DNA of 64,000 bases. Origin: a virus (Duplodnaviria > Heunggongvirae > Uroviricota > Caudoviricetes). The position numbers and the translations under genes were made by a program. The stretch is from the IMG/VR virus record IMGVR_UViG_3300037455_000372, positions 139,710-203,709 of that record. One strand, written 5' to 3'. Of this stretch, positions 29,230-39,809 are shown piece after piece; within the stretch, counting starts at the first letter, position 1, and every line of letters starts with the position of its first letter. A model generated the notes under the pieces. It worked only from the letters and a program-made list of their open reading frames with translations. It was not told the DNA's origin and ran no database searches.

Positions 29230-30355
29230 TTTTCGTAAACGTACTGTTTCAAAAGTGACCGGGTGCGCCGGTCGCTTGTATGAGTTTTTGGTCATCGGCT
29301 GGAAACTGTCGCGTACCTACAGAACCGCCAAGAGGGTGAAGGACTATTTGGCGGCTGGCTGGGCTTCTGGCTGTAAGCTAACGACAATCGAACATGGGTT
29401 TACCACGCTCGATTCGAAGTATTCAGTCTTTTTGTCCGATCTGGAAGGCTCGGATATCAATGCCGAGTACAAGGATTTCGTCGATCTGGCCATTAACGAC
29501 AAGAAATACTGGAACTGTCCGATAAAGATTTTCTGCAATTCTGGCGTTTTGGGAATGTACGCTAGGTGCGATTATTCGATTCTGTTTGTCCTAGAAGGGG
29601 TACCGCTGATATTGTCTAGCCGAGTTCGCCTTGAAGGAACTGACGAATATGACCCGGCGTTCAAGCTCGCCGACAATTCGACGATTGCATCCCTTATGGC
29701 GGAAAACAGCAAGAAGGTTGTATCGCTCGGTTTTGTCGATCCAAACACCGACGTTACGAAGTTCGTAAGCGAGTATATGCAGAAAAACCCCGCAATACCG
29801 TCTCACGAAATCAGCTTCGATTTGGTCAAGTCGTTTGCTGCCAATGACTCGATGCGGTATTATGGCGCGATTTACCGTCCGGGTGGCTATATGTATGACA
29901 TCTATACGGCTAATCGTACCGTTTCTAGGTCTATCCGTCCGAACAAGGAATTCCGTGACGACCCGTTGAACGAGGTTGACAAGCTCCCCGATGGTATGGA
30001 AATCTTGCTTGTCGGCGGCGAACCGGACATTGTTCCTATCGGTACTATGGCGAATAACGCCGGGTTCTTGTTTGACGTGTGGGTGCCGAACCATCGACGC
30101 TATTACAAGTTCGCTATGGACTTCTTGTCGGCTGGGTGCGTACCGAACGATATCTTCTACTTCGACGATGACGACCTGATAGAAAGCTACGCCATCCTTA
30201 TGAAGGCTATGCACGTACTCGACGAAGAGGCTAACGGACCGTCCGAGGATGCCGAAACGACCGAGTCCGACACCGTACCGGTGATTACGGACGAGAGTCT
30301 GGACGATAACGACGAGGCTCCGGTTCTGATCGAACTACCCGAATATCTCGCGTAA
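29186..30355 (+). CDS. hypothetical protein with an acidic tail
   Basis: About 390-aa ORF followed by a terminator; start uncertain. Confidence 0.7.
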   Translation: MLKSKIRNVLTSFTNFRKRTVSKVTGCAGRLYEFLVIGWKLSRTYRTAKRVKDYLAAGWASGCKLTTIEHGFTTLDSKYSVFLSDLEGSDINAEYKDFVDLAINDKKYWNCPIKIFCNSGVLGMYARCDYSILFVLEGVPLILSSRVRLEGTDEYDPAFKLADNSTIASLMAENSKKVVSLGFVDPNTDVTKFVSEYMQKNPAIPSHEISFDLVKSFAANDSMRYYGAIYRPGGYMYDIYTANRTVSRSIRPNKEFRDDPLNEVDKLPDGMEILLVGGEPDIVPIGTMANNAGFLFDVWVPNHRRYYKFAMDFLSAGCVPNDIFYFDDDDLIESYAILMKAMHVLDEEANGPSEDAETTESDTVPVITDESLDDNDEAPVLIELPEYLA

Positions 30356-30377
30356 TTCATACGCGTTTCCTGACAAG

Positions 30378-30409
30378 AGCGACCAGTTCTGCTGGTCGCT
30401 TTTGTTTTT
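30378..30409 (+). terminator. rho-independent terminator
   Basis: AGCGACCAG-ttctg-CTGGTCGCT then TTTGTTTTT. Confidence 0.85.
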
Positions 30410-30457
30410 ATCTGGTCAAAAACGTATAAACTGCGTATAGCATTTTGGGACGTTTCT

Positions 30458-31495
30458 ATGCCAGTAAATAAAGAAGCTCTTGCTGCGATGAAAGCCTTGT
30501 ATCAGCAAAAGAAACAGGAACAGCAGCTACTTGAGAAAACGTATGCCAATACGGATAGTCCGGAAGTTCGTGCGCTGAACTTGATTAGTAGTATGGCGGT
30601 CGCTTTTAAGGTGGGCGAGCCTGATGGTTTGTCGTTGGACGATATCAAGGCAAGCTGCGAATATTTGAACAAGAACGATGATTCAAACGGTTCTTATGCC
30701 GACGTGTTCGCCGCTATTCAGAAAGCTATGAAATTCTATGGAGAGTCTTACAAGACGGCTCGCGAAGAACGTAAAGAACAGAGCAAGGCTCGTGCCGAAC
30801 AGTATCGCCAGACTACCCAAGATGCTCGCGATATTCTTGAGCGTGATAATGTCACGTTTGCAGACCGTACTAAGATTTCCATTGGCGAACTTTATGTGGC
30901 TTCGCTGGAAAATGGCGGCAAGCTATACGAAAAGGATTTCATTCCGTCCGTGTGGAAGATGGTTGTATCTTACCGCGACCTTGTTCACCAGTATCACGTC
31001 AAGATGCATTCTATAGACGTTGCGGTCGATGGTGACGAGGAGTATATTAGTCCGACCACCAATAATGCAAATGAAATTATGTTTATGAGTCCGATGGTAT
31101 CTGAGGCTTATAACTATGGTAAGCCGAACGAGTTTACTACCGGTTTGGAATATGCCGAAATTAGTGAGGCTGAAGCTGCTCGTCTGGAAGCTGCGGACGT
31201 GAAATGTATCTTCAAGATAGGTAAGGGTGACGCCGCGCAGACTGGTGTTTATGTAACCGAACACGGTATGGTTCCTAGAGACGGTAGAACACAAGCTGCA
31301 GTCGCCGAAGATTTCTTGTGGGTTGGGTTGGCCGTGGCGGTCAAGTGCGCGTACGACGAAAAAACTCGCACAGTCGACTATGATGAAAATAAGCAAGAGT
31401 TTGTTCCGTACGGCTCATTGATTTTGGATCCGTATGCGATTGACTATACTACGGTGATGTTGGACCTTTTCGATGCGTTGCATAATGCGCAGTAA
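30458..31495 (+). CDS. hypothetical putative late protein
   Basis: 345-aa ORF; TATAAACT at 30425-30432. Confidence 0.75.
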   Translation: MPVNKEALAAMKALYQQKKQEQQLLEKTYANTDSPEVRALNLISSMAVAFKVGEPDGLSLDDIKASCEYLNKNDDSNGSYADVFAAIQKAMKFYGESYKTAREERKEQSKARAEQYRQTTQDARDILERDNVTFADRTKISIGELYVASLENGGKLYEKDFIPSVWKMVVSYRDLVHQYHVKMHSIDVAVDGDEEYISPTTNNANEIMFMSPMVSEAYNYGKPNEFTTGLEYAEISEAEAARLEAADVKCIFKIGKGDAAQTGVYVTEHGMVPRDGRTQAAVAEDFLWVGLAVAVKCAYDEKTRTVDYDENKQEFVPYGSLILDPYAIDYTTVMLDLFDALHNAQ

Positions 31496-31506
31496 TGGGG
31501 TGATTT

Positions 31507-33585
31507 ATGGAAGAAAATTCTCATTCTTATCGTGAACTGGTGTACAAGGCGTTGGGCGTTTTCTTGACGGCTTGGAACATCAAAATGAGCCAAGCCCCAA
31601 TGCTTCGTGGAAACGCCAAGGCTCCGGTTTTGGACAGCGGAGACGTTAACGGTTGGCTTCATAATCTGCAGCCGGATAACCGTCCGGGTGAAAACAACCC
31701 AAGCGGTCAGCGTCGATACGACGAAATCGAACAAAGAATTGGTAATAAGAAGTCTGGTGCAAATATAGCCAAGCGGCTTAACGACGCTATAATGAATGGT
31801 CGTGTACTCGACAACTTGCGAGGCTCGATGCACTGGAGCCTTATCGGTATGCTATTGAATGACAAGACTCTGGCCGACAACTCTGGCGAGACCAAGAACT
31901 TGCACGCAAGCGATACCAGTATGTATGAAGGACAGACTTATTGGTTTACCTTGAAGAGCATTGCTGATAAGTATAAGAACGACTACAACAAACTGAATGG
32001 CGGTCTCTGCACTTATATGATGTATGATAGCCACGATGTTTCCGGTGGCCGTACTGGCAAGGTCATCGTTTGTCCGACTCGTGCCGGTAACGTGGAAGGT
32101 GTTGCTCAACGATTGGCTGACATCATTAACCGAAAGCTTATGGAAGTTTACCACACCGATAGGCCGTATGCGGTTGTGAAGCCGTTAGACCAGATTGAAT
32201 ACAATGTAAGTACCGGTGAAGGAAAACCGCCGAAAGTGATTCGAGGTATTAGAGGTACCGGTATGAACATCGGTATCGATATCGATTGTTCGGAAAGGAT
32301 TGATGTCGATGGAGCTTTGGTTGACCCGCGTGTGGCCGTTAGTAGGTTGTTCAAAGATGGCCTACTTCCTATCCAGACGTTTAGTGTCGAAACGACATCT
32401 ACCCAATCGACCGAAGATCGTCTTACGTCTCAGGACACCGACGACGATAAGTCTCTAGCCACAAAGGTTGACGCCAATATTGCAGCTGGTCACGAAGCAA
32501 TGGGTGACAGTATCGACAATAGTGACGAGAAGGCAAAGGTCGCCGCATTGGTGCAGCGTATGGGCGAAATTCCGAAACGAATCGCTATACTGAATGGGAT
32601 CTCGGATAACTACTTGGATGGTTCTGAACCTGATACATCGTGGGCTGCGACTCCGTTCAAGTTGCCTCCGATGTCAAACGATGCATACCTGAATTTGGTT
32701 AATACGGTCACTGCATTGAGCGATTACATTATCAGTTCTACCGCCGACCGTTTCAGTGACGGTTACAAGCCGGTTGCGTATGATGGCATCTTTATGAACC
32801 GTAATATCCGATTTGCCACGAATGAAATTCCTCGTGGCAAGGAATCAATTACGCTGGAAAAATATGCCGAGACAATGAACGCTATCTTGGACGGTTGCGA
32901 GAATGCAGCATCGCAGCCCGAAGAATTGCGTTTGATTAAGTCTGCTCGACTGGCTGTCGGTGCCATCAAGTTGTTTGAGGAAAACGTATTTAAGCTTATC
33001 TCCGGTAACTTTAAGCCATATACGAAGGATCTCGATGTAAAGGAAATCGAATCAAAGCGTAAGGCTACCGAGCTTGCTGACAAGTATCAGAATGCTATGG
33101 TAAGCGTTAAGAAGATGGATGCGCTGACTGGCTTCCCGTTGACCAAGGTATTTAGCGGTATGGTTAAACCGACGATGACCTTGGATTCCTACTTGAATAA
33201 TGCAATGGGTTGGATGCAAAAGACTGCCGACCAGCAGCACGATTCTGACCAAGCTATGAATCAGTTGAGCGAGAAGTTTGTAAAGCTCGTTGAAATCAAT
33301 ACGGCTTTGAACTCGCTGCTCAATGGCAACAGTAAGACCGCGCCGAATGCAGTTAAAGTGTTGGATAATATCTTGGCCAGTGCAGCTCCGGATGCCGAAC
33401 CGCAAGAACAGCCTAAACCGCAGCAAGCTCCGGCGGAAAAGCCGACCGAACCTCAAAAACCTTCGACTGAAGCTCCGAAGCCGGTGGAACAGCCGACCGA
33501 AGAGCCGAAGCCCGAACCAGCCGCCGAGCCTGAACCGAAACCTGAAGACGACGATGATTTGGATGATATCGACGAAGAGGTCTAA
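31507..33585 (+). CDS. hypothetical putative virion protein with a P/E/D-rich tail
   Basis: 692-aa ORF in a putative late operon ahead of the gp25-domain gene. Confidence 0.75.
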   Translation: MEENSHSYRELVYKALGVFLTAWNIKMSQAPMLRGNAKAPVLDSGDVNGWLHNLQPDNRPGENNPSGQRRYDEIEQRIGNKKSGANIAKRLNDAIMNGRVLDNLRGSMHWSLIGMLLNDKTLADNSGETKNLHASDTSMYEGQTYWFTLKSIADKYKNDYNKLNGGLCTYMMYDSHDVSGGRTGKVIVCPTRAGNVEGVAQRLADIINRKLMEVYHTDRPYAVVKPLDQIEYNVSTGEGKPPKVIRGIRGTGMNIGIDIDCSERIDVDGALVDPRVAVSRLFKDGLLPIQTFSVETTSTQSTEDRLTSQDTDDDKSLATKVDANIAAGHEAMGDSIDNSDEKAKVAALVQRMGEIPKRIAILNGISDNYLDGSEPDTSWAATPFKLPPMSNDAYLNLVNTVTALSDYIISSTADRFSDGYKPVAYDGIFMNRNIRFATNEIPRGKESITLEKYAETMNAILDGCENAASQPEELRLIKSARLAVGAIKLFEENVFKLISGNFKPYTKDLDVKEIESKRKATELADKYQNAMVSVKKMDALTGFPLTKVFSGMVKPTMTLDSYLNNAMGWMQKTADQQHDSDQAMNQLSEKFVKLVEINTALNSLLNGNSKTAPNAVKVLDNILASAAPDAEPQEQPKPQQAPAEKPTEPQKPSTEAPKPVEQPTEEPKPEPAAEPEPKPEDDDDLDDIDEEV

Positions 33586-33587
33586 AT

Positions 33588-35891
33588 ATGAATGTAACCG
33601 CATCATACATTCCAGCTGATACGACATTCTCCATCGACTTGACTGCCGATGAAGCGAACCTTTATCGTGCAAGGCTATTCTTGAACTATGCCGGTATGCT
33701 GTCGTACATCGGTGATGAAGGCCAAGGCTTGATGGTATTGGATGATGAAAACCTCAACCGAGATACCTTTAAGTCTGGTGTTCTGTATGATGACTGGAAC
33801 TGTTCGTTTAGACCGCCTCGCATCGATGCCCACAAGTTTAACTGCGAGCTGGTGGTTCCGATTTCGGTTGGCCACAACGACATTATCCTTGAAGACTTTG
33901 GCAATCAAGTATCTGGCGAATCCGTCCTTGAATCCGAAGTGACTAATCCGGTCAACATATTGATCGAGCAGATTAACCCGGCCACGTTGGACGACGTGGT
34001 TCTGATAAAGGTCGATGGAAATAACGTGACGGTTACAACCGAGGAACAGCACGGCTTGACCAAGGGTGATGTAGTTACGATTGATAACAGCATCTATTCC
34101 GACAAGCATACCTTGGGTCCGGATGGCCTTCGTATTCTTGGTTCGTTCAAGGTTGTTTCCGTTACGCCGACGACATTTACCTATGTCACGAAGCATTACA
34201 TTATGCCTAGCGACACGGTGTTCATTGACGGTGATGCCAACTGGAAGTGCGGTAAGTGGACTGCGGTTGTGTATGAGGACACTGGCGTAACAATCTCGAA
34301 TAAGAACGACGACCCGGAAAGCGGCGTTGTGGTTTTGACTTATCAGACTCCGCCGTCGTATGAAGCTAACGATTATGTCAACTTGGATTCAACGGCGCAA
34401 ACCAGTCAAGCGCAAGTATCTCGTATATCTGGAACGACGGTTGAAATCGATAACTTGTCTGTTGACGAACCACACTCGATTGTCGTGTATCACTCACCGC
34501 GCACACCGTCGGCTGCTGTTCCCACTAATTGGTTCTACGAAGCTCCGTCCACCGAGACTTCTTATGTCCAACAAGTTTCGAACGCGTCTCAATACGACCA
34601 TACGATGAACACGTATTTTGTGTCTCCGTATCTGGACACTTATTTCACGAAGAACGACGATGCGGTTCATATTGGGGAAAAGACTCTCAAGTGCGCTGGC
34701 GGCGAGAATCCGTCAATCATTTGTATCAAGTTCCCGAATATTACGATGGACGTGGACTATGGCCAGACCGCGACGCTTCGTATGTACGTATCGAAAATGA
34801 GCTACAGCGAGGCAACGGTTTCTCTTTACCAGATGGATTCAAGCGGATGGCGCGAGGATATGTCCTATGACGAGGTACTTGAACACGTAACCTTGATTCC
34901 GGTAGCCAGTGCCGCGCTTACGAACCCAGCTCTGAAGGATATCAACCGTTCGGATGATACACCGAACCTTGGCGATTACAATAGCTATGTCGACTTTGAG
35001 ATTGACTCGGTAATTCTTGGCCAGTGGCTGTCTGGGAGTACGGCGTACCCACCTTCAGTGTGTATGAAGGTGTTGAGCGTTGGCGACCCGGTTATTGAGT
35101 TTAACGCTACCGAATCTGGCGAACAAGTACCGTATTTCATCGTGACTGGCGGCGAGGAAGCTTTGCTCGGTCAGGAACCGTTCGACATAACCGTGGTTGA
35201 CCCGGCTACTGAACCGGGAAAGATTATCCGTATCGAGGTGGACGACGCTGACGCTACGTTCGGTAATTCGCTGTACGATAACGTCGTAAAGATCAATGGA
35301 ATAAATGCCGTCATTATGAACGGTTCTCCGTATTTCATTGACGTGGTTGTTCCGGATTCTGTGGCTGGCGTTTCGGAAGTTCAAATTTACAAGAAAGTCC
35401 GTAACAAGGAACTGGTTCTTACTAACCCGACCTCGATTTACGTTAATAACGACTTGACGAAACGCGATATCAAGCTTGCGGCCAAGAAGAATCCGGGCGA
35501 AATCAGTGGCAAGACCAGCCGCTCCGCGATTTACAACCGTGACCTTGGTTATAGCAACTTCAAGGAAGTTACCGACGAAACGAGTCTTTTGCAGAACGTG
35601 TACTCGTGTCTACTAACTTCCCAAGGCGAGCGTCTGTTCAACCAGAATTTCGGCTCCCACATTGAAGACCGAATCTTTACTTTGGGTTCCACGACCGATG
35701 AAGTCGACCTACTCAAGGAATGTATCGAGGTCGTCGGAAAGTACGAGCCTAGAGTGCAAATTGATCCAGAACGCAGTTCTTGCGACTTCGACGACAACGG
35801 ATGTTATAATTTAGTGCTTGCGGTGATACTCCCGACAGCACGCACCGAGATGTTGAAGTTTACGTTCAAGAGCCGTGGTAGGATTGTATAA
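33588..35891 (+). CDS. gp25: baseplate wedge gp25-domain protein with a long multi-domain N-terminal extension
   Basis: C-terminal LLTSQGERLFNQNFGS...YEPRV matches the GPW/gp25 signature; beta-rich domains upstream. Confidence 0.85.
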   Translation: MNVTASYIPADTTFSIDLTADEANLYRARLFLNYAGMLSYIGDEGQGLMVLDDENLNRDTFKSGVLYDDWNCSFRPPRIDAHKFNCELVVPISVGHNDIILEDFGNQVSGESVLESEVTNPVNILIEQINPATLDDVVLIKVDGNNVTVTTEEQHGLTKGDVVTIDNSIYSDKHTLGPDGLRILGSFKVVSVTPTTFTYVTKHYIMPSDTVFIDGDANWKCGKWTAVVYEDTGVTISNKNDDPESGVVVLTYQTPPSYEANDYVNLDSTAQTSQAQVSRISGTTVEIDNLSVDEPHSIVVYHSPRTPSAAVPTNWFYEAPSTETSYVQQVSNASQYDHTMNTYFVSPYLDTYFTKNDDAVHIGEKTLKCAGGENPSIICIKFPNITMDVDYGQTATLRMYVSKMSYSEATVSLYQMDSSGWREDMSYDEVLEHVTLIPVASAALTNPALKDINRSDDTPNLGDYNSYVDFEIDSVILGQWLSGSTAYPPSVCMKVLSVGDPVIEFNATESGEQVPYFIVTGGEEALLGQEPFDITVVDPATEPGKIIRIEVDDADATFGNSLYDNVVKINGINAVIMNGSPYFIDVVVPDSVAGVSEVQIYKKVRNKELVLTNPTSIYVNNDLTKRDIKLAAKKNPGEISGKTSRSAIYNRDLGYSNFKEVTDETSLLQNVYSCLLTSQGERLFNQNFGSHIEDRIFTLGSTTDEVDLLKECIEVVGKYEPRVQIDPERSSCDFDDNGCYNLVLAVILPTARTEMLKFTFKSRGRIV

Positions 35892-36793
35892 TGCTCATTC
35901 AGCAAGTTGGCGATAGGCAGATTGTCTATGTATCGGATTACAAGTCCGAGTATATGGACGTTGCGAAGGAATTTGGAATGGTCGATGATTTCGGCCAGTT
36001 CCATAATTATGTGCAGGGGAAAGAGGAAAGTTACCGCAACGCCAACGGAATTATGATGCCGGCCTTCCACTTGATCGGAAAGACCGTTAATCTGTTCATC
36101 GTAAATGACCATATCGAAGCTCGGTCTAATACCGTTCAGGACATCGCAAACGCACTGAATTACTTTCCGGAGGACTCCAGATTTACGGTCGCCGGACATA
36201 CGTTTGTGTCGAAGTTCAGTACCGACAATGGCTATCTGAGGGATGTCGCAAAACGCGGAATTACGATAAAAGGCGGCCTTAAAAAGGACCTTGCAAAAAT
36301 TCACGACTTGATGACACACCTCGATTTGAACAATGGAAAGCTTTTCGAACCGGTCATCGCACGGTATGTTTATACCAGCCGGGAGATGCCGAAGAGAATG
36401 CATTTAGTCGGATATTTCGATTTGGAGCAATATCTTAGGGTAATCAGTAACCCAGCCGCAGAAGCTTTTAACCATAAAAGCGGCGAACTTTTGATTTATA
36501 TGGATCTTGGTACCAATCCAGTTTCCGTAAAAGTGCGAAATATTGTGAAAGATTGCTGCGAATTGGAAATCACCGGTCCGAAAGGTATGTACGATTTGAA
36601 GAAAATGGCCGAATTTAAGCCTTTGGTCGTCCTAACTAAGACCCCTTTGAAGATAAAAGACGCCAAATTCCCGTGGTGCAAGGTCAGATTTGACCATACT
36701 GACGTGTTTATGACCCCCCTGATGTCCAAGGAAGATGCTTGGAAAACCCTCCAAGGAGGACTCGATTTGCTTTCAGTTCCAGAGAAAAAGTGA
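35891..36793 (+). CDS. hypothetical protein
   Basis: 300-aa ORF translationally coupled to the previous gene (TAATG). Confidence 0.7.
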   Translation: MLIQQVGDRQIVYVSDYKSEYMDVAKEFGMVDDFGQFHNYVQGKEESYRNANGIMMPAFHLIGKTVNLFIVNDHIEARSNTVQDIANALNYFPEDSRFTVAGHTFVSKFSTDNGYLRDVAKRGITIKGGLKKDLAKIHDLMTHLDLNNGKLFEPVIARYVYTSREMPKRMHLVGYFDLEQYLRVISNPAAEAFNHKSGELLIYMDLGTNPVSVKVRNIVKDCCELEITGPKGMYDLKKMAEFKPLVVLTKTPLKIKDAKFPWCKVRFDHTDVFMTPLMSKEDAWKTLQGGLDLLSVPEKK

Positions 36794-36840
36794 TAAGCTA
36801 CCCATTGCGACACCCCCAGAAACCCCCTGTGTCACCCAGT

Positions 36841-36869
36841 TTGTAATTCAAATTGCTTTTAGTTATCTT
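36841..36869 (+). promoter_or_regulatory. replication-gene promoter motif before uvsX
   Basis: TTGTAATTCAAA-N11-TATCTT. Confidence 0.6.
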
Positions 36870-36894
36870 AAACCAAAACATAAGGAAACCCCAT

Positions 36895-38190
36895 ATGGCA
36901 ACTAAAAAAACAGCAAAAGCAGCATCCCCCTCCGTCGCAGATGACGATTTCTCCTTCTTCAAGAAGATCAAGGTTGGCGACCGTTACGCCGACAAACTTA
37001 TCCGCCACCCGAATTTCGGATATTGCGATTCCGGTTCGTACATCTTCAACGCCTTACTATCTGGCGATTTGTTCGGCGGATTCCCTCTCAACAAAATCAT
37101 TATGGTTGCTGGTAAACAGCAGTCCGGTAAGTCCTTCATTGCGAAGAACAACTTCGCTTATGGCTTGATGCAGAAGGGTTACTACATTTATTGGTACGAC
37201 ACCGAAGGTGAAACGACTGAAGAAGAATTGGAAGAACAGAACGGCTTCAACCCCGATCAGTATCGTCTGATTAAGGAAATCACGACCGTCGAAGACTACT
37301 TTATTTCCGTGAACGGCGTGATTAACGACCTCGAAGAAGACCGTGGCGACAGCATCGAAGTGAAGCGTAAGTGCGCTATCGTGTTGGACTCTCAGGGTGA
37401 ACTTTCTACTGAAAAGGCCATCAACGACGCTACCAAGGGTGAAATCAAGTCCGATATGACCAAGGCCAAGCTTTTGGCTGGTATGTATCGTTCCATCACC
37501 AACCGCTGCGCTAACCTCGGTATTCCGATGTTCATCACTAACCACATCTATATGGACTCCAGTGGAGCTATGTACGGCAACCCGGAAAAGATTGCTGGTG
37601 GTGAAGGTGCTCAGTTCTCCGCTTCCATCATTCTCAGCCTCCATAAGAGCTACCAGAAGGCTGGCAAGGACGGCGAAATTACTGGCGTTATCCTTAACGC
37701 TACGGTGACCAAGAGCCGTATGGTCAAGGCAAAGCTCAAGGCTCCGATTTATGTCGACTACAACCGTGGTATCGACCGTTACTATGGTCTGCAGCAGATT
37801 GCCGAAAACGCTGGCCTCATCGAGAAGTGGAACAAGGACGACTATGGCGACCTTCCGAAGCCGATTGACAAGGCTACCGGAAAGACCACTCGTAAGGATT
37901 GTTGGGTTATCAAGGATCCGAACAAGGACCCGTCCGAATGGCGCGTATTCACCGAAATGGGTATGTACTGCAAGGCCGGTCTCGGTTCCATCCTTGAACC
38001 GCTGAACGAGTACATCAAGGCCGAATTCAAGTTCCGTCCGCCGAAACTCCGTCGTGACGACGAGGAGCTTGACCTCGACGAATCTGAAGTCGAAGCAGCC
38101 GAAAAGGATGCCGAAAAGGACATCAAGGCTGAACTGAAGTACCTTGAAGAGGCTGAAAAGAAGATGATGCAGCCCGACAAGGATGCCTAA
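36895..38190 (+). CDS. uvsX: UvsX/RecA-like recombinase
   Basis: DSGSYIFNALLSG, Walker A GKQQSGKS, YDTE, VLDS, TNH, AGGEG; AAGGA RBS before ATG 36895. Confidence 0.93.
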   Translation: MATKKTAKAASPSVADDDFSFFKKIKVGDRYADKLIRHPNFGYCDSGSYIFNALLSGDLFGGFPLNKIIMVAGKQQSGKSFIAKNNFAYGLMQKGYYIYWYDTEGETTEEELEEQNGFNPDQYRLIKEITTVEDYFISVNGVINDLEEDRGDSIEVKRKCAIVLDSQGELSTEKAINDATKGEIKSDMTKAKLLAGMYRSITNRCANLGIPMFITNHIYMDSSGAMYGNPEKIAGGEGAQFSASIILSLHKSYQKAGKDGEITGVILNATVTKSRMVKAKLKAPIYVDYNRGIDRYYGLQQIAENAGLIEKWNKDDYGDLPKPIDKATGKTTRKDCWVIKDPNKDPSEWRVFTEMGMYCKAGLGSILEPLNEYIKAEFKFRPPKLRRDDEELDLDESEVEAAEKDAEKDIKAELKYLEEAEKKMMQPDKDA

Positions 38191-38198
38191 TGGATCTT

Positions 38199-38226
38199 GG
38201 GTGTCGCGAATGGCGACACCCCTTTT
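38199..38226 (+). terminator. terminator-like hairpin after uvsX
   Basis: GGGTGTCGC-gaatg-GCGACACCC then CTTTT. Confidence 0.7.
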
Positions 38227-38254
38227 CCTCCTTACACTTATTTGATTTTGAACT

Positions 38255-39769
38255 ATGCAAGAAGTCTATAATTTAACTCGCGAAGATATGGTTATCCGCA
38301 CGTTCTTTAGTGACAAGATTCTGTCACAAAAGATGATGCCTTACCTAGACCCTACATTGTATGAGGATAAGACTAACCAGCAAGTGGTGTCTATTGTCAA
38401 CAAGTTCATTAGGAAGCATCACCGTTCGCCGGAAGCTCAGGAGCTGGTTCTGTGTCTTGACAACACAGGGTTCGCCGACGAGGCGCGTAACCGTATAATG
38501 GAACTTTGCAACGCGAAGATAGCTACGCCGAAGCAAGACTTCTTGGTTCAGATGCTTGAAAAGTTTTACCAAGAAAAGGCATCGACCAATATTCTCAAGC
38601 AGTCTGCCGTCCACATTTTTGAAAACAATATCGAGGCGGTTCGCGACCTTTTACCGGCACTCAGAAACAAGCTGAACTTCTCGCTGCATATGTCTCTCGG
38701 TCTCGACCTTGTCGATGACATTGACGAGGCCAAACGCCGATTGAAAGAAGTCTCCAAGCCGATTCCGTCCGGCATTACTGACATTAACGTGTTCACCGCG
38801 CAGCGCAAGGATGACCCTACGACTGGCGGCTATCCTAAAAAGACGCTCTGTTTGTATGTCGGCCAGCCGAACGTCGGTAAGACGCTCGTGCTTTGCTCCG
38901 AATCTTGCTATGCGGTACGAGCTGGCTATAACGTGATGTACATCTCCTTGGAACTTTCCGAGGAATACCTCTGGCGTCGTATGGCCGCAAACCTCACCGG
39001 TATCGACCAGTATGAAGTTACTGAACTCTCTACCGAGGAATGTAAGGCCAAGATTGAAGCCGCTCGACTTTCTAGCGTAGAGAAGATGGGTCGCTTGAAG
39101 ATCAAGCGAATGAAGACGACGACCACGCCGTACGAAATCGACGCCTTGCTTGACGAGTACGAGACGGAAGTCGGCGCACCGGCCGATATGCTCGTAATCG
39201 ACTATATCGGTATTATGAAACCGAATCAGCGTCCGGGTATGATTGAGAATATGTACAAGGACGGTCAGGCAAAGGCTGAACAGATCCGCGAAATCTGTAT
39301 CGAGCGCAATATGGTCGGTCTTTCTGCCATCCAGTTCGGTCGTTCTGGCTATTCGTCGCTCGATGCTGGCCTTGAGTCTGTGCGAGAATCGTCCGGTTAT
39401 AACGAAACCGCTGACTTAATGATTACCATCACGATTGACCATATCCTCAAGGGTCTCAATATGTACTACCATATGATCAAGAAGAATCGCTTTGGCGAGA
39501 ACGAGGTTCCGTTCTATACCAAGCGCGACTATGGTACGATGTTGTGGTACCCGGCAACTGAGGAGGATGTCCAAGAGGAACATCGTGCTCGTGAGGAGTT
39601 CGAGGTGGTTCAGAACTCGACTGGCGCGATGTTTGGCGGAAATAGCGTTGCTTCTGGAAAGATGAACCGAGCTAAACCGGTTGCTCCGAAGAAGAGCCGA
39701 CCGCCACAAACTGGTGCCGAACAAGAGGCCGCTCTGGCAAATTTGAGCGATATGAGTGCGCTGATGTAA
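38255..39769 (+). CDS. gp41: DnaB-family replicative helicase (T4 gp41-like)
   Basis: Walker A GQPNVGKT, YISLE, VIDYIGIM, AIQ, ADL, KNRFG. Confidence 0.93.
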   Translation: MQEVYNLTREDMVIRTFFSDKILSQKMMPYLDPTLYEDKTNQQVVSIVNKFIRKHHRSPEAQELVLCLDNTGFADEARNRIMELCNAKIATPKQDFLVQMLEKFYQEKASTNILKQSAVHIFENNIEAVRDLLPALRNKLNFSLHMSLGLDLVDDIDEAKRRLKEVSKPIPSGITDINVFTAQRKDDPTTGGYPKKTLCLYVGQPNVGKTLVLCSESCYAVRAGYNVMYISLELSEEYLWRRMAANLTGIDQYEVTELSTEECKAKIEAARLSSVEKMGRLKIKRMKTTTTPYEIDALLDEYETEVGAPADMLVIDYIGIMKPNQRPGMIENMYKDGQAKAEQIREICIERNMVGLSAIQFGRSGYSSLDAGLESVRESSGYNETADLMITITIDHILKGLNMYYHMIKKNRFGENEVPFYTKRDYGTMLWYPATEEDVQEEHRAREEFEVVQNSTGAMFGGNSVASGKMNRAKPVAPKKSRPPQTGAEQEAALANLSDMSALM

Positions 39770-39809
39770 CTTTGAACTAGTTTAACTGATAACTCCATCA
39801 GGTTCAATT

